A stretch of 64,000 bases of DNA from Macrostomum lignano. Lineage: Eukaryota. The notes beneath the pieces are model-generated. The model saw only the letters and a program-made list of their open reading frames with translations, did not search any database and was not told where the DNA came from. Numbering within the stretch: the stretch's first letter is position 1; each line of letters opens with the position of its first letter. The position numbers were made by a program, and so were the translations under genes. The DNA lies in assembly GCA_002269645.1 (NCBI GenBank), contig NIVC01000010.1, positions 1 to 64,000 of the forward strand, read 5' to 3'. Below, one piece after another: positions 35,610 to 49,264 of the stretch.

Positions 35610-36212
35610 TCTAGACAGCGGTGCTGAACTTAAGATAGCGGCGCTAAAATCTAGACAGCAGCGCTGAAATCTAGACAGCGGCGCTGAAATCTAGACAGCA
35701 GCGCTGAAATCTAGACAGCGGCGATGGAATCTAGACAGCGGCGCTGGAATCTAGACAGCGGCGATGGAATCTAGACAGCGGCGATTGAATCTAGACAGCG
35801 GCGCTAAAATCTAGATAGCGGTACTGAACTTAAGATAGCGGCGCTAAAATCTAGACAGCGGTGCTGAACTTTAGATAGCGGCGCTAAAATCTAGACAGCA
35901 ACGCTGGAATCTAGACAGCGGCGCTGGAATCTAGACAGCGGCGCTGGAATCTAGACAGCGGCGCTGGAATCTAGACAGCGGCGCTGGAATCTAGACAGCG
36001 GCACTAAAATCTAGATAGCGGTGCTGAACTTAAGATAGCGGCGCTAAAATCTAGACAGCGGCGCTGGAATCTAGACAGCGGCACTAAAATCTAGATAGCG
36101 GTGCTGAACTTAAGATAGCGGCGCTAAAATCTAGACAGCGGCGCTGGAATCTAGACAGCGGCGCTGGAATCTAGACAGCGGCGATGGAATCTAGACAGCG
36201 GCGCTGGAATCT
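35610..36212. repeat. 20-bp minisatellite, about 30 copies
   Basis: Unit GGCGCTGGAATCTAGACAGC with variants. Confidence 0.95.
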
Positions 36213-37019
36213 TGCGCTAAATCGGCGTCTGAACTCTTGGCAGCGACGCTAAACTCACGCTAATTTATATTATTCTGTGACTGGTAACTGGGACTCTTTA
36301 CAACGCGCAGGCAGCAGGCAAAAAGCACTCCCTAGAGACTGATTATGCTATAAGGATCTACAAGGACATTGACTATATGGGCTACTATGTTGGCTAGATG
36401 GGAATCCTTACTGCTTTTCATATACGCTATATTATCTAGACAAGTTTTAATAACTGTAATATCGAGAGCCACTCGCAGGGATCGCTAGACCACACTGTGA
36501 AATGGTGTTGCTGGCTTGTTAGCTGATAGATAGTTTTATGCATTCAGACTCGCTGCCATCGCATTTTGATGACCGTGAAAATTAGATCGCTGATGAAGCA
36601 ACATGGGGGCATTAATCAAGCGGTTCACGGATGACAGTTGGATGAGAAAAAATGTGACAGCTGCCCAAGCAAGAAGATAATTGCCGAGAGAGTTTTTTGC
36701 AACCATCATTTCATTAATTCATCACCGTGTTATACAGCAGTTGTTGTTCCTTCCTAGCCCTCCCATAAATAAAATTTTCTTGGAGAGCAGGGTGCCGCTC
36801 TACCATCCAAGTAGCCATGGGAAGACAGAAAATTTATTATCCCAACTAAAAGCATTAGCTATAGTCTCGGTTTTAGAGGCCGAAGCCTGAAGCAATTCAT
36901 ACCCATACAATATTTGTAAGATATTATTTTATTTTTATCCAATTAGCGAGCTATGCATTGGGAAGAGAATTTTCTGTGTTTCTTGGAGAAGTTTTTTGCT
37001 TGTCAAGGATTTCCTTTAG

Positions 37020-37660
37020 ATGATCATCAGCATGCAGATAGAGACAAGGGGAAGCAAATAAGAGATGAGGGAAGCAGATAGAGATGAGGGGAAGCAGATA
37101 GAGATGAGGGGAAGCAGATAGAGATGAGGGAAGCAAATAAGAGATGAGGGGAAGAAGATAGAGATGAGGGGAAGCAGATAGAGACGAGGGGAAGCAGATA
37201 GAGATGAGGGGAAGCAGATAGATACGAGGGAAGCAGATAGATACGAGAGAAGCAGATAGAGACGAGGGGAAGCAGATAGAGACGAGGGGAAGCAGATAGA
37301 GATGAGGGGAAGCAGATAGAGATGATGGGAAGCTGATAGAGATGACGGGAAGCTGATAGAGATGATGGGAAGCTGATAGAGATGATGGGAAGCTGATAGA
37401 GATGACGGGAAGCTGATAGAGATGATGGGAAGCTGATAGAGATGACGGGAAGCTGATAGAGATGATGGGAAGCTGATAGAGATGACGGGAAGCTGATAGA
37501 GATGACGGGAAGCTGATAGAGATGACGGGAAGCTGATAGAGATGACGGGAAGCTGATAGAGATGACGGGAAGCTGATAGAGATGACGGGAAGCTGATAGA
37601 GATGACGGGAAGCTGATAGAGATGACGGGAAGCTGATAGAGATGACGGGAAGCTGATAGG
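37020..37660. repeat. 20/21-bp purine-rich minisatellite
   Basis: Units GATGACGGGAAGCTGATAGA and GATGAGGGGAAGCAGATAGA. Confidence 0.95.
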
Positions 37661-38149
37661 AGATGAAGAGTTGATATTGAAGAGGCAAAAGAGAGGAAAA
37701 GAGCAGACAGACATCAACCATGGTTCAGCAACCTTAGCTAATAATAAAACTGCTTTTGCTACAAGTACGAGCTATGAGGAACGGGGAGCCAGTGTGTAAG
37801 TTTTACTTCCCAGGCAGAAATGGTGAAGAAAGGGGCGAAAGGTCATCACAAAACTGGACACCAACTGTTGTTTCAAGTGGCGACGCAAGACTTACCGAGC
37901 TTTCGTCACCCATTTCGCATAGCTACGAGTATCAGTCAGAGTAAAGGACTGACTGACTGATACTTTGGTCTGACTCTGTTTTGTTTAAAACTTCGCTACT
38001 CTCTTCTAGACTTTCTTTCCCTATTTTCAACTCGAACCCTCTCTTTTTCATCAAGAACAACAATATGCTTTCTGTCAGGGTCTTCTGTCTAGGGCGTGCC
38101 TTTAGGCCAGGTCGCGAGCAAAGGCGGGCCAAGCCTTTGGTTGAATTTG

Positions 38150-38325
38150 CTTGACAGACAGACAGACCTGCTAGACAGACAGGTTTACCCTCTAGACAGA
38201 CAGGTTTACCCTCTAGACAGACAGGTTTAACCTCTAGACAGACAGGTTTACCCTCTAGACAGACAGGTTTACCCTCTAGACAGACAGGTTTACCCTCTAG
38301 ACAGACAGGTTTATCTTCTAGACTG
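38150..38325. repeat. 21-bp tandem repeat
   Basis: Unit AGACAGACAGGTTTACCCTCT. Confidence 0.9.
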
Positions 38326-38884
38326 ATAGGTGCGCATAATAAATGATAAAATGCCTTTTTTAAAGTAAGCGTGTTAGCTTGTACACGAACAAAGACTAGT
38401 CAAGCAATTACTTTAACGTAATAAGGTGAGTCCATATTTCAGCATGTACAGTAAACTCGCCTCTGAAACTAAATCGGGGTGGTGGTGTTTAAGTGGTGTA
38501 CAGAGAAAAAATCGATAATTTCCTTTACCAAAAGGAAGACCGAGGGGCCCATTTCTCTTCACACGCAAATTAACGCACACCCCCCTTGTTCCTCCATTTC
38601 AGGCAGTCCGCGACCATACGGCCTTGCGCACGGCGCAGGCGAATGATCGATGGAACAGGAAGGACAGGCATAATATGGTCAGTCCTTCTGTCGATGACGT
38701 CACTGGCCGCACTCTCTCTCTCTGTACGCACGTTGTGTTGTCTGAACCAAAGCTTTACTCTCTGTCTGCCCCCCCCACCCCAACCCCTTCAAGCAAGCCA
38801 CAGAGCCAAGATCGAAATTTTCTTTTCATTCTTGCTTATTTTAGCCATTAGCTATTAGCCGCCAAAACAAAGGTTATAATAGCA

Positions 38885-39298
38885 ATGAGCCACTACAGCA
38901 ACGCGTTCGGCGCAACGATAGTATTCGCGGAGCCGATACCAAAACGATTCGAGTGCCCAATCTGTTTGGACTGCATGTCCGAACCGGTGCAGACCAGGTG
39001 CGGTCACCGGTTCTGCTATCTGTGCCTAGCCCGGAGCCTGCCCACTGTGCGCAGCGGTAGCTGCCCCATGTGCCGACTGTCGCTGAATCCTTGGCTTGAT
39101 TTGCACTTCGATCGGGCTGTGCAGCGGGAGATTCACCAGCTGCTGGTTGTCTGCCCGTGGGACACAGCCGGCCAGTGCCGACTGCCTCTGGCCGAGCTGG
39201 CGCAGCACCGTCGGGAGGCTGCGTGGCTTCATCCGGCTGGCCAGCAGCAGCGGAAAAATTTTCGGCGCTTCTCGGAGAGCCGAGGAGGAAGAGAATAA
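38885..39298 (+). CDS. TRAF-type RING finger protein, first exon or truncated gene
   Basis: C3HC4 RING (CPIC...CGHRFC..C...CPMC), then DRAVQREIHQLLVVCPW...LAQH as in TRAF N-termini. A possible GT donor lies near 39222. Confidence 0.75.
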   Translation: MSHYSNAFGATIVFAEPIPKRFECPICLDCMSEPVQTRCGHRFCYLCLARSLPTVRSGSCPMCRLSLNPWLDLHFDRAVQREIHQLLVVCPWDTAGQCRLPLAELAQHRREAAWLHPAGQQQRKNFRRFSESRGGRE

Positions 39299-39308
39299 AC
39301 ATTTTTGC

Positions 39309-39780
39309 TGTGCCTGCCTGCCTGCCTACCTGCCTACCTACCTGCCTGCCTACCTGCCTACCTGCCTGCCTGCCTACCTGCCTACCTGCCTGCCTGCCTG
39401 CCTACCTGCCTGCCTGCCTACCTGCCTGCCTGCCTACCTGCCTACCTGCCTGCCTGCCTACCTACCTGCCTGCCTACCTGCCTACCTACCTGCCTGCCTA
39501 CCTGCCTGCCTGCCTACCTGCCTACCTACCTGCCTGCCTACCTGCCTGCCTACCTGCCTGCCTGCCTACCTGCCTGCCTGCCTACCTGCCTACCTGCCTG
39601 CCTGCCTACCTGCCTACCTGCCTACCTGCCTGCCTGCCTGCCTGCCTTCCTGCCTGCCTACCTACCTACCTACCCTGCCTAGGTGCCTACATATCTATCT
39701 ATCCATCTATCTATCCATCTATCTATCTATCTATCGATCTGTCTATCTGTATTCTATTCTATCTGTCTATCTGTCTATCT
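39309..39780. repeat. Compound (CCTG/CCTA)n microsatellite followed by (TCTA)n
   Basis: Read directly from the sequence. Confidence 0.97.
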
Positions 39781-40359
39781 GTACGCGTGTATGTATACCC
39801 GTGATTGCATTCGTATAGTATATTTAGACGTCACATCTCTGGACCATCTCTTATGTCGCATAATTATCTGCAAAATATTTGACTTCCTACCTCAGATGAT
39901 TTTGTTTTCAATAAATTTTGACAGCATATTTGTGCATTGTGAATTGCAACAATCAAGTCATTGTGAATGCAGTATGGGCAATTTTATGTTTGTTTTGTGA
40001 ATAAAAAATGTGTGTTTTAATAAAGTAAATTCAAAACTGAGACTGCATTGTGTAAATATAAAAAAACTGAGTGTTATTCGACTCCACCCATATTGATTTA
40101 ATCCGCTAACTGGCTGCCCTGGTGCTGGCGTATGAACTCAAATGAGTGAGTTACGTCCCCCAAAGCGCTGACACACGCTCACGCAGGGTGTTCATAGGCC
40201 CTGGACCTTCTTCAGTTATGATGCATCGTAAATTTTCGAATGAATTACAGTATACTAAATCTGATTTTTCATACATCATATTATCTATGCATCACAACTC
40301 AGAGGCGCTATTGGCCATAGACAAAAAACAAATATGCAGGTGCCACGTACTCATCCTAC

Positions 40360-41545
40360 GATCCTGCAGTCTACATCCTATTTTACATCCTACATACGAC
40401 AATACTGAATCCTACTATCATACATCCTACTATTCTACATCCTACATCCTACATCTTACTATCTTACTATCTTACTATCCTACATCCTACATCCTACGTC
40501 CTACATCCTACTATCCTACGTCCTACATCCTACTATCCTACGTCCTACATCCTACTATCCTACGTCCTTACATCCTACTATCCTACGTCCTACATCCTAC
40601 TATCCTACGTCCTACATCCTACTATCCTACATCCTACTATCCTACGTCCTACATCCTACTATCCTACGTCCTACATCCTACTATCCTACGTCCTACATCC
40701 TACTATCCTACGTCCTTACATCCTACTATCCTACGTCCTACATCCTACTATCCTACGTCCTACATCCTACTATCCTACGTCCTTACATCCTACTATCCTA
40801 CGTCCTACATCCTACTATCCTACGTCCTACATCCTACTATCCTACATCCTACTATCCTACGTCCTACATCCTACTATCCTACGTCCTACATATTCCTACT
40901 ATCCTACGTCCTACATCCTACTATCCTACGTCCTACATCCTACTATCCTACGTCCTACGTCCTACTATCCTACGTCCTACATCCTACTATCCTACGTCCT
41001 ACATCCTACTATCCTACATCCTACCATCCTACGTCCTACATACTCCTACTATCCTACATCCTACATCCTACTATCCTACGTCCTACATCCTACTATCCTA
41101 CGTCCTACATCCTACTATCCTACGTCCTACATCCTACTATCCTACGTCCTACATCCTACTATCCTACGTCCTACATCCTACTATCCTACGTCCTACATCC
41201 TACTATCCTACGTCCTACATCCTACTATCCTACGTCCTACACCCTACTATCCTACATCCTACATCCTACATCCTACGTCCTACATCCTACTATCCTACGT
41301 CCTACATCCTACATCCTACATCCTACTATCCTACGTCCTTACATCCTACTATCCTACGTCCTACATCCTACTATCCTACATCCTACTATCCTACGTCCTA
41401 CATCCTACTATCCTACGTCCTACATCCTACTATCCTACGTCCTACATCCTACTATCCTACGTCCTACATCCTACTATCCTACGTCCTACATCCTACTATC
41501 CTACATCCTACTATCCTACATCCTAACATCCTACATCCTATTCCT
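40360..41545. repeat. ATCCTAC-based satellite (ATCCTAC/ATCCTACT/GTCCTAC units)
   Basis: About 1.2 kb of 7-8-bp related units arranged in a 22-bp higher-order pattern. Confidence 0.95.
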
Positions 41546-41770
41546 ATGTGTCGCAGCAACAGGGGCGATCTCGGCGTAATTAATCAACATGCAATTATAA
41601 TTATTGTCTCTGGCCAAAATTAAGGCTGCATATTTCAAAGTACATATTTATTTGATGACTATGCGAATTAGGTGGGCTAAATTTATAGAGGGGGTTAACT
41701 TGTAGCCAAGGCGATTATAAACTTAGCAGTAGCAATACAAAGGATCGCATCGTCGAAAGTGTAAAACAAA

Positions 41771-43168
41771 ATGCGCTGCAGCCAAACCGAAGACAGCGCC
41801 AGCGATTCATCCAGCGATTCGGAAGCCAGCGTCTTCCAACGCCAGAATCGCAGACTACAGAAGAGCAGGACGGACAGATGTTCTTATCGATGCTCCCCGT
41901 CGCGAAAGCAACGAGGCAAACAAGCAAAGCAGTCGGAGGGCTCGACAAAGAGCCGCTGCAGACAGTTGTGCAGCCCTCACAAGCGCAAGCTGTTGTCGAG
42001 ACCAGGTACTCGTAGGTTTGAAAGAGACGCCATTGAGCAATCGAGCTCCAAGGTTGCATACCAAGCAGCGATTTCTCCTTTGATTTCGTCTGATGCTTGC
42101 TCGGGCGACATGAGCGGCGACCAAGTGAACCTTGATTCAAGCGCTTTAGCCAGAGTATTAGCTAGGATAGCTAGACAAAACATCAACACATCGAACGGGC
42201 AGCATCGCCAGCTGCCGAGACAGCAACAAGTGCCATCGTCGAGGCGGAGAACTGGCTACCAACAATCGCCAATGCAGTCTGAATCGCCTGTGCAAATTCC
42301 AATGCCGCGTTCGCCGTCCCCACTTCCGCCGTCACCGGCTGAGCAGCGGCAGCGGCAGTTTCAATCGCGCCGCGGCAACCGGGAGAATCGCCGAAGCGAC
42401 TACACAGATTGGGAATTCAAGCAAAATTCCTCGAATTGGAACGAAATCTATCGCAGTCCAGATGACTTCCGGAGGCGAACGAGCAGTCGGCAGTCTTTGC
42501 AGCAACCGCGACAGCCTGCAGTCCAGCCGTCGAGAAGGCAGTCGCAGCAAATTCAAGAGCCGCGCAAGCAACAACAGAAAAGAAGCCGAGAATTTCGTCA
42601 GAAAGAGCAACTGCAGCAACTCCCGCGCCAGTCGAAGCTTCAAATGGACAAGATTTACTCCGGCAATCATGCGCCAAGTGACTTGATGCTGCCCGGACGA
42701 ACGAGGCGATGCCAGAGACCAGATCGGAGCAGAATGCGCTATCAAATGGACGACTACGTGTACGATCAAGACGAGCCTGACGATACATGCCGGGAGGAGG
42801 ATGAAGACTTGAACTTGTTTCAACCGTCGAGCAGCGCGCAGCACCGGATGGAGAATCCAGAGAGACAGGCTGCAGATCGTCGGTGGAAAAAATACGAAAC
42901 TTTGTCTGATCGGCAGACGGCAGCCTCTCGCCCACGACACTTGTGCCGCGATGGCAACAAACTGCAGCCGACCCAGAACCGTCGGGAAACGCTCTTCCAC
43001 TGTCCCTACGTGACACTGTCGCTGCACACCCAGACGTTTGAGTGCGCCGAGTGCATTGCCGCCGCTCGAGACCAACGCGGCGGACGGCACGACAGAAGCA
43101 GGTATCGGAGAGACCTGCCAGACGAAAGCGACGAATCTCCGGCCGGTTGGTCAAAGAACTGCCGCTAA
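41771..43168 (+). CDS. Low-complexity Gln/Arg/Ser-rich ORF (465 aa) with a C-terminal HC-P...C-x2-C motif
   Basis: Long GC-rich ORF within AT-rich surroundings; may be a downstream exon of the RING gene. Confidence 0.6.
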   Translation: MRCSQTEDSASDSSSDSEASVFQRQNRRLQKSRTDRCSYRCSPSRKQRGKQAKQSEGSTKSRCRQLCSPHKRKLLSRPGTRRFERDAIEQSSSKVAYQAAISPLISSDACSGDMSGDQVNLDSSALARVLARIARQNINTSNGQHRQLPRQQQVPSSRRRTGYQQSPMQSESPVQIPMPRSPSPLPPSPAEQRQRQFQSRRGNRENRRSDYTDWEFKQNSSNWNEIYRSPDDFRRRTSSRQSLQQPRQPAVQPSRRQSQQIQEPRKQQQKRSREFRQKEQLQQLPRQSKLQMDKIYSGNHAPSDLMLPGRTRRCQRPDRSRMRYQMDDYVYDQDEPDDTCREEDEDLNLFQPSSSAQHRMENPERQAADRRWKKYETLSDRQTAASRPRHLCRDGNKLQPTQNRRETLFHCPYVTLSLHTQTFECAECIAAARDQRGGRHDRSRYRRDLPDESDESPAGWSKNCR

Positions 43169-44289
43169 AATTGCTGGTGTGCTACCGACTAGCAGTTCCA
43201 TGCAGTCCTAGATTTGAATAGATCAACACTTTCTGATTGCTTCATGTTATATGCATGGGGTAGTCGGGTTGGTCGTCACTGTGTTGCAGTTTCCTCTCTT
43301 TTTGTCCGCTTCAAGATGTCCTTGTCTCAACTTTATGTAGCTGAAAATCTTATTCGTACTTTCTTGGTGAAACTGCCTGTGAACAGCATTGCCTAATTTC
43401 TTCTCATCTGTTCTCTATGCCTACCAAACGACTAAATTGAACGCAGTCTACCCCTCAGCATGTACACGTAACTTGAAAAATGGTTCGTCTAAAATTGCAA
43501 AAGATTCCACAATGTCCGAAAATTCCTTTGTTGTCGCTGGTACCCCCTGCGGTCTATCCATACGATATGAGTATAGAAAACAGAATATATACTGTTTTTT
43601 AACTGAAGCAAGCATATTTTATCATTTTTATTAATGGTGTCCAATGATGTGATATTTTGTTATTTCGATTTAAAATTTTCAATGCAGCGTAAGATTGACA
43701 GCAATAAGTTGACAGGACAGGAACGTGCACAGTTTCTGTAGTCGTAGGCCAAAATACTCGTAGATATTACCCAAAGTTTCCTACTCAAACAGGTTTTGGC
43801 TGCATGGATGCGGTGATGTTACATGCAAATCTCATCCCAGCTAGTACGCTTTTCTAATAGACGAACTGATTATTACTTTGATTATTAGATCTAAATGTAA
43901 GCCAGGTTGAGGAAATTCGGGAAAGAATATCAAGCTACAATGTGTTCGAATTTGTCATTAATTCGAACTTGAACTTAAACTGTCAGGTAATTTAAGCAAC
44001 CGATCAGTGATGTCACCTGTCTATAGCTGCGCTTTGATCGTGGAGAGCTTAAGTAGATGCAGATCGACCCGTACAGGAACGTATCGACGTATCGCCAGTG
44101 CCTTTAGTGTTCTAGAGAACGCAAAGCTCTGAATGGGGGTTTCGCCATAGACAAATTCGGTTGGAGAAAAATCCGATTTTTTAGAGCATACTAGATACAT
44201 GTATGCACTAACAATTCGTACAGTAGTATGTACGGTCCTTACCGACCGCCAGCTCATTTCTAAGAATTAGAGTTTCTCGTTAAATTTCA

Positions 44290-45230
44290 CGCAGCCGTCG
44301 CGCTCTGTGTGACGGACGACATCGAGGCTGCCACTTTTTGACTAGAATCAGGTGGGACAGACGACAAAGCTTCCGCGTCGCGCGCCGCTCCAGCGTGGTC
44401 GTCAGCGTCCACTGCGTCTCGGCGTTGTAGAGCAGGCCGGTCTCTGTCGATCAATCGTCTGCCCTTGCTCTAGCGCTCTGGCGATCGGGGAAGCGCTTTT
44501 GGACGCGAATTGACCGGTAGGCCGCCCATGCGAGTCCTTTGCGCCGCCAATCCTCTCCACGTCGGGCACACCAGGAGCAAAACACGCTGTCACGGTCTTC
44601 AAAAGGCAGCCTCACAGCAGGGCGCGCCTCTCGACCAGGTCACGAACAAAGACCACGTCACCGACCGAATTCGGGGCGCCAGCTTCAGTCAGCACCAGCA
44701 GATAGTCGACGAAATGCTGGGTGCGCGCTTTCTCCCGCCGGTAGGGTGCCAGCAGCGTCAGCAGCAGCACCTCCTGCACAGGCTGCGCGCAGTACGACTC
44801 GCCGCGGAGGATGTGGCCTGCCAGTTGGAGTCGCCGCCGACGGTGCAACACAGGTCGCTTTAAGGACCGGGCCAGCGCGATGATGCAGTGCCGCGTTGGA
44901 AACTCGCGATCGTCGCCCATCTTGAAGGCGGTGCGCAGGAGGCCAGACTTCGCCGCGTCTACTTGATGCTCGAGATGATCCGAGAGCGTCCCGGTCTCAG
45001 GTCTCAGCGTTGTACAGCAGGACTGTCTCAGCCAACCGCCTGGAACAGCGCCACCTAGCAGTCCAGGTATTGGGTCTTGGACTGCAGGACTGCCCGATCG
45101 CAGAATAAAAGGCAAGCCCGCGGTGACGCCACTCAGGTTCTCGCGGATGCCGGGAACCAGCTGACCGCCGAGGTAGATGTACTGCTGACAACAGTTGAAC
45201 TTGGCACACTTGGTGCTGCTCCATGCAGCT
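44290..45230 (-). mobile_element. RTE-like non-LTR retrotransposon, 3' fragment
   Basis: Degenerate motifs FKYLG, ETVLLYNAET and RRRRLQLAGHILR. Confidence 0.7.
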
Positions 45231-45508
45231 TTTTAAGTTGATGAGTGTCCGGTCTGAGTTGCACCAGCCCCACCCACAATCCTGCGCGACTCAAACTGGC
45301 AGGCCACGCGATCTGGGATGAGAGCTACGCATGTACTGCTCCCAGCCTGTTTAGCACGTCCTGCTGCTCATTTTAGTGGGACCTTTAAGGCGGGCTCAAG
45401 CGCGGGGACCCGGAGAGATAACGTCCCCGCGTGGACTGCATCCTGAGCAATCTGAGAGACATGGCCCGGACGTTGTCCGCTCGCTGATGCTTCAGCGTGC
45501 CACCTGAC

Positions 45509-47744
45509 CAGTGTTGGGCACTTCCGTTACCGAGTAACTTGTAAATGGTAACGCAAGTTACTTTTTCGTAAAGCGTTCCTTACGCAAGTTACTTTCCTAT
45601 TTTGGTAACGGAGTAACGGTAAGTTACTCAAATTTCGGAAGTCCGTTACAGTTACTTTGCAACAATCGCAATATTTAAATTTAAAACTGATATGCTTAGC
45701 TATTACTCTAGTTGTCACATTTTTAGCATTTTTCATTCCTAAATTCCAAACTAAGTGAATAATATCATACGGTATTACGCTGTAATTAATAAAGAAATAC
45801 TTGAAACATGTTTTTACTTTGTTATTTTCGGTAAAATATTTTTGCTTTTCGTTTTTAAGTTAATAAAAATATTTTGTTTAGTTCTTAGAAACAAAAAACC
45901 AAAGAAAGAAATTCATCTGTAGTCTCCACAAATCCACTCAGTGATCGACGTAGCCAGGAATTTTAATTGGGGGGGGGGCGGGTTGGCCTGGCTGGCCATG
46001 CCTCATGCCATTGCCACTTTTAGCGCCGCAGGCACTCATTTTAGCGCCGCAGGCACTCATTTTAGCGCCGCAAGCACTCATTTAAGCGCCGCAGGCACTC
46101 ATTTAAGCGCCGCAGGCACTCAATCGCCTCATGGTTTTTGGTACCCGCCACGCCCAACCCCACCCCCCCCCCCCAGGTGGGGTGTCTTGCAGGTGGGGTG
46201 AAGTTGCCGCCCCAACGATTGTTAAGGCGGCCTCCCTGGCTACACCACTAAAGTCCACTGGCACTGCACTGCACTGCACTGCACAATAATTTAATATTAA
46301 TGATAATAATTGAAAATAAATAAAAAGACTAGTAAAGCAGACTATAGAGTGGAGTAAAGCCAGGTACTTATTACGAGCGATGTATTATCAAGGCCAACTG
46401 AAGTTACGTTAAGTTGTCCTTGTGTATTATAACTTATAATGTTATTAAAAATTAAATTGCGTTTTGCCTTTAACGTTTCTGACCTTCAGCTTCTTTTCTT
46501 TTTTACGGAAAGGGCCTAAAGAGATTAAAATTTAATACAGTTACTGAAATTAATGTTGTTTTATTCTTCCTCCTGGCTTTCGCGATCATTTGTGCTGTTC
46601 CAGCGCATTTGCAATGTTAAAAAAGCAGAAAATTTTGTTAATAACATAGGTAACGGAAGTAAGTAACGGAAGTAACTTAAAAGTTACCGGGTTTTTGTAT
46701 AAAGTTACTAGGCTAACGTAAGTTATGTTGTAGGGTTAACTTTTGCCTGTGGTTTAATCACAACGCTGCTACCAAAATCTGTTACAGGGCTCCTGGCTTT
46801 CTGTCTAATTATCTCACTGCTGCAAACAATTTGTTGTAGGGGTGTGGGGGAGGGGAAGTTTTGATTCTTGCTGACACCAATTTGTTGCGGGGGGTGTCTG
46901 GGATTTTTAAGGAAAACACAATTTCTACTACTGATAGGAGTAAGCTCTAGGTTGCTCCTGGTGGCGTGAGTGTGTCCGAGCGGCAAGACACAGTTTCGAT
47001 TCAGTCCGGGGGAAATGGATGGGGGTAAAGGGCTTCGCGGTGGATTAGAGTTGCCTGGCGCGCTAGTGGGGAATTCTAGTGCTTAATAGGGAAGGCTGGC
47101 GGGGAAGGTAGGCTGCTTCATTGGGAATTACGTGGCGGAATTAGGAGTCTAATATTAAGGGAAAATTAGCCGGGGCGGCTTGGCAATCACTAGGTCTGGG
47201 GAAGCGCGGGAAGGGTTTCTTGGGACTATTGTACGTCCGAGAAGAGGGGGGGGGTTTGAGTGGGTTTGGATCGCTCTGGGGAGCGCTCGAGGGGAAGGGA
47301 GTGGCTGTACGCCTCTATCGTACGCTTCTCTAAGAAAAGGAAGAAAAGCTGACGAATCTAAGTTCTATTTTTAGCACAACTGTTCATCTAGTATTCGAGA
47401 ACAGGAAAGAAGCTTGCATATACCAAGCCCGTCGGAAGGAGATGCTTTTCTACCGTATATTTTAGCTCGCTTTTATAGTAAATTTTGCCATCATGGCGTA
47501 TACATTATAACAATAATATTTCGGTTTTAGTACTACAGACATGCATATATATAAAAATAGTGCTCAATGCAAAGTAATTGAATTTATGAAAATAATTGTA
47601 TAGACTGAATAAGAATACAGGAAAAAATAATGCGCGTAAATTACGTAGGCACGAGCTAGGGCTGTTACAGTTACTTTTTGAAAAAGTGGTAACTTGAGTT
47701 ACAGTAACGCAAGTTACTTTTTTTGAGTAACTTGCCCAACACTG
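45509..47744. mobile_element. Non-autonomous hAT element
   Basis: TIR CAGTGTTGGGCA / TGCCCAACACTG, an 8-bp TSD CACCTGAC (45501-45508 and 47745-47752), and GTAAC/GTTAC subterminal repeats. Confidence 0.88.
45939..46250. mobile_element. MITE nested in the hAT element
   Basis: Ends CAGTG..GACGTAGCCAGG and CCTGGCTACACCACT, a near-identical 8-bp flanking duplication, and an internal 21-22-bp tandem repeat. Confidence 0.55.
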
Positions 47745-49264
47745 CACCTGACGCTGTCTTCACTGACTTACTGCGCATCCTTGTTCTAGTTTGTTGTTTT
47801 TGTTGTCTACAATGTACATGAAATTCAGTTTAGTTCAGGTTGTGACTAGCGAATAAAAGTGTAAGAGAAAGAGTAATTATTAATTAACAAGTTCAATGGC
47901 TAACCACGGAAATTTTGTCAACCGTCATGTTTAGCCCAACGTTAAAAGAAGTGCATGTTACATGTACTTCTAATTGAAACATGACTGCAGTTTTAAAACT
48001 GAAATAATTACAGAGAGACGGACATCAGCACCAGCATAATGGCCTTCGAGAAGTGTACATGTACGTGCGAAAAAATTGCATTGCCATTCGACTTATACAT
48101 TGAGGCAACCATATTTCGTTTCTACAAAAAGTTACTTCCAATGAGGGTACACATTCTAAAAAATTAAGATTACATAACATTGCCACTTCTTTTGTCCAGA
48201 TAATCTATTTGCTGAGTTGACGAAATGTTCTGCAACGGTTAATTACATTGCTAGTAGTAGTAAGTCCTTTTTAGTAGGCTAATGCAATGGAAAATTAAAT
48301 AAATAAAATCGGGCTTTGTAGAGCGAAACAATCCATTAAGCTTTATGTATTTGTTTAAACCGTTTAAATGTTCAAAACTGCTTTTTTCTTCGAAGCCGTA
48401 AACAATTCTCATGTTTTCATTATCAGGTTAATATGTATAACAGACTTCTCAATCTTTATTTAACAGTAGTTTTTCGCTTTTAAAAAGAATATTTGATATT
48501 TAGTTACTTTACTAAAAAAGTAAAAGATAGACTTATGCCTATTTTATCAACATAAATAAGGTCAAGGCCAGGGTAAGGGTAGAGAACCAGGCATCAGCAC
48601 AGCACCAGGGACCAGGGTTAAGCCTTTATGGTACAGAGTTATGATGCAGCATGCTGCATAGCTCCTACTGGCCATTCTCATAGATCTTAATGACATATTG
48701 CAGCATGCTTATATTTAATAACTGAATCCTGATAGTAAATAGATGAATTTATTTTTAGTTATTTCATGTAGGCTGTAGGCCTAGCTAATGTCAATGATGG
48801 TATTGTATGATAATGATTTCTAATTAGACATGCTAATTCTAGTTAATTTAGGATATTGCAAATAATTTCATCCTTATAGAGTCCATGTCAAAATGGCCAC
48901 GTAATTATTTGTGACTTGATATATGGGTATTAAGGGTTGGTCTTTTGGACAATATTGAATTTTAAATAAGGATTTTTAAGATTTTATATTTTTTACTAGG
49001 GCCTATATAAATATTGATAACAATGTGATGCAATATTCTATTGAAACTTCAAGATTTTGTAATTATTAATTCTTCAACTTGCATTGTATCAATATATTAG
49101 GCCTTATACTAATAGGGTGACTAGGCTTTTAAGTCATTGAATTTTTGGTAATAAGGCCTAATTTGATTTTGAATCAGTCTGAATTACTTTAGGTTATATT
49201 GATATTTATAATGATATCTATAATAGATATCTATATTATATTGGTATTTAACCTTGTAACCTAG

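Noticed and set aside
36951-41579. Long ORFs 36951-37721, 37016-37717, 39096-39818, 39157-39804 and 40146-41579
   Set aside because: They are translations of stop-free tandem repeats (poly-PACL, SYYPT and similar), not credible proteins.
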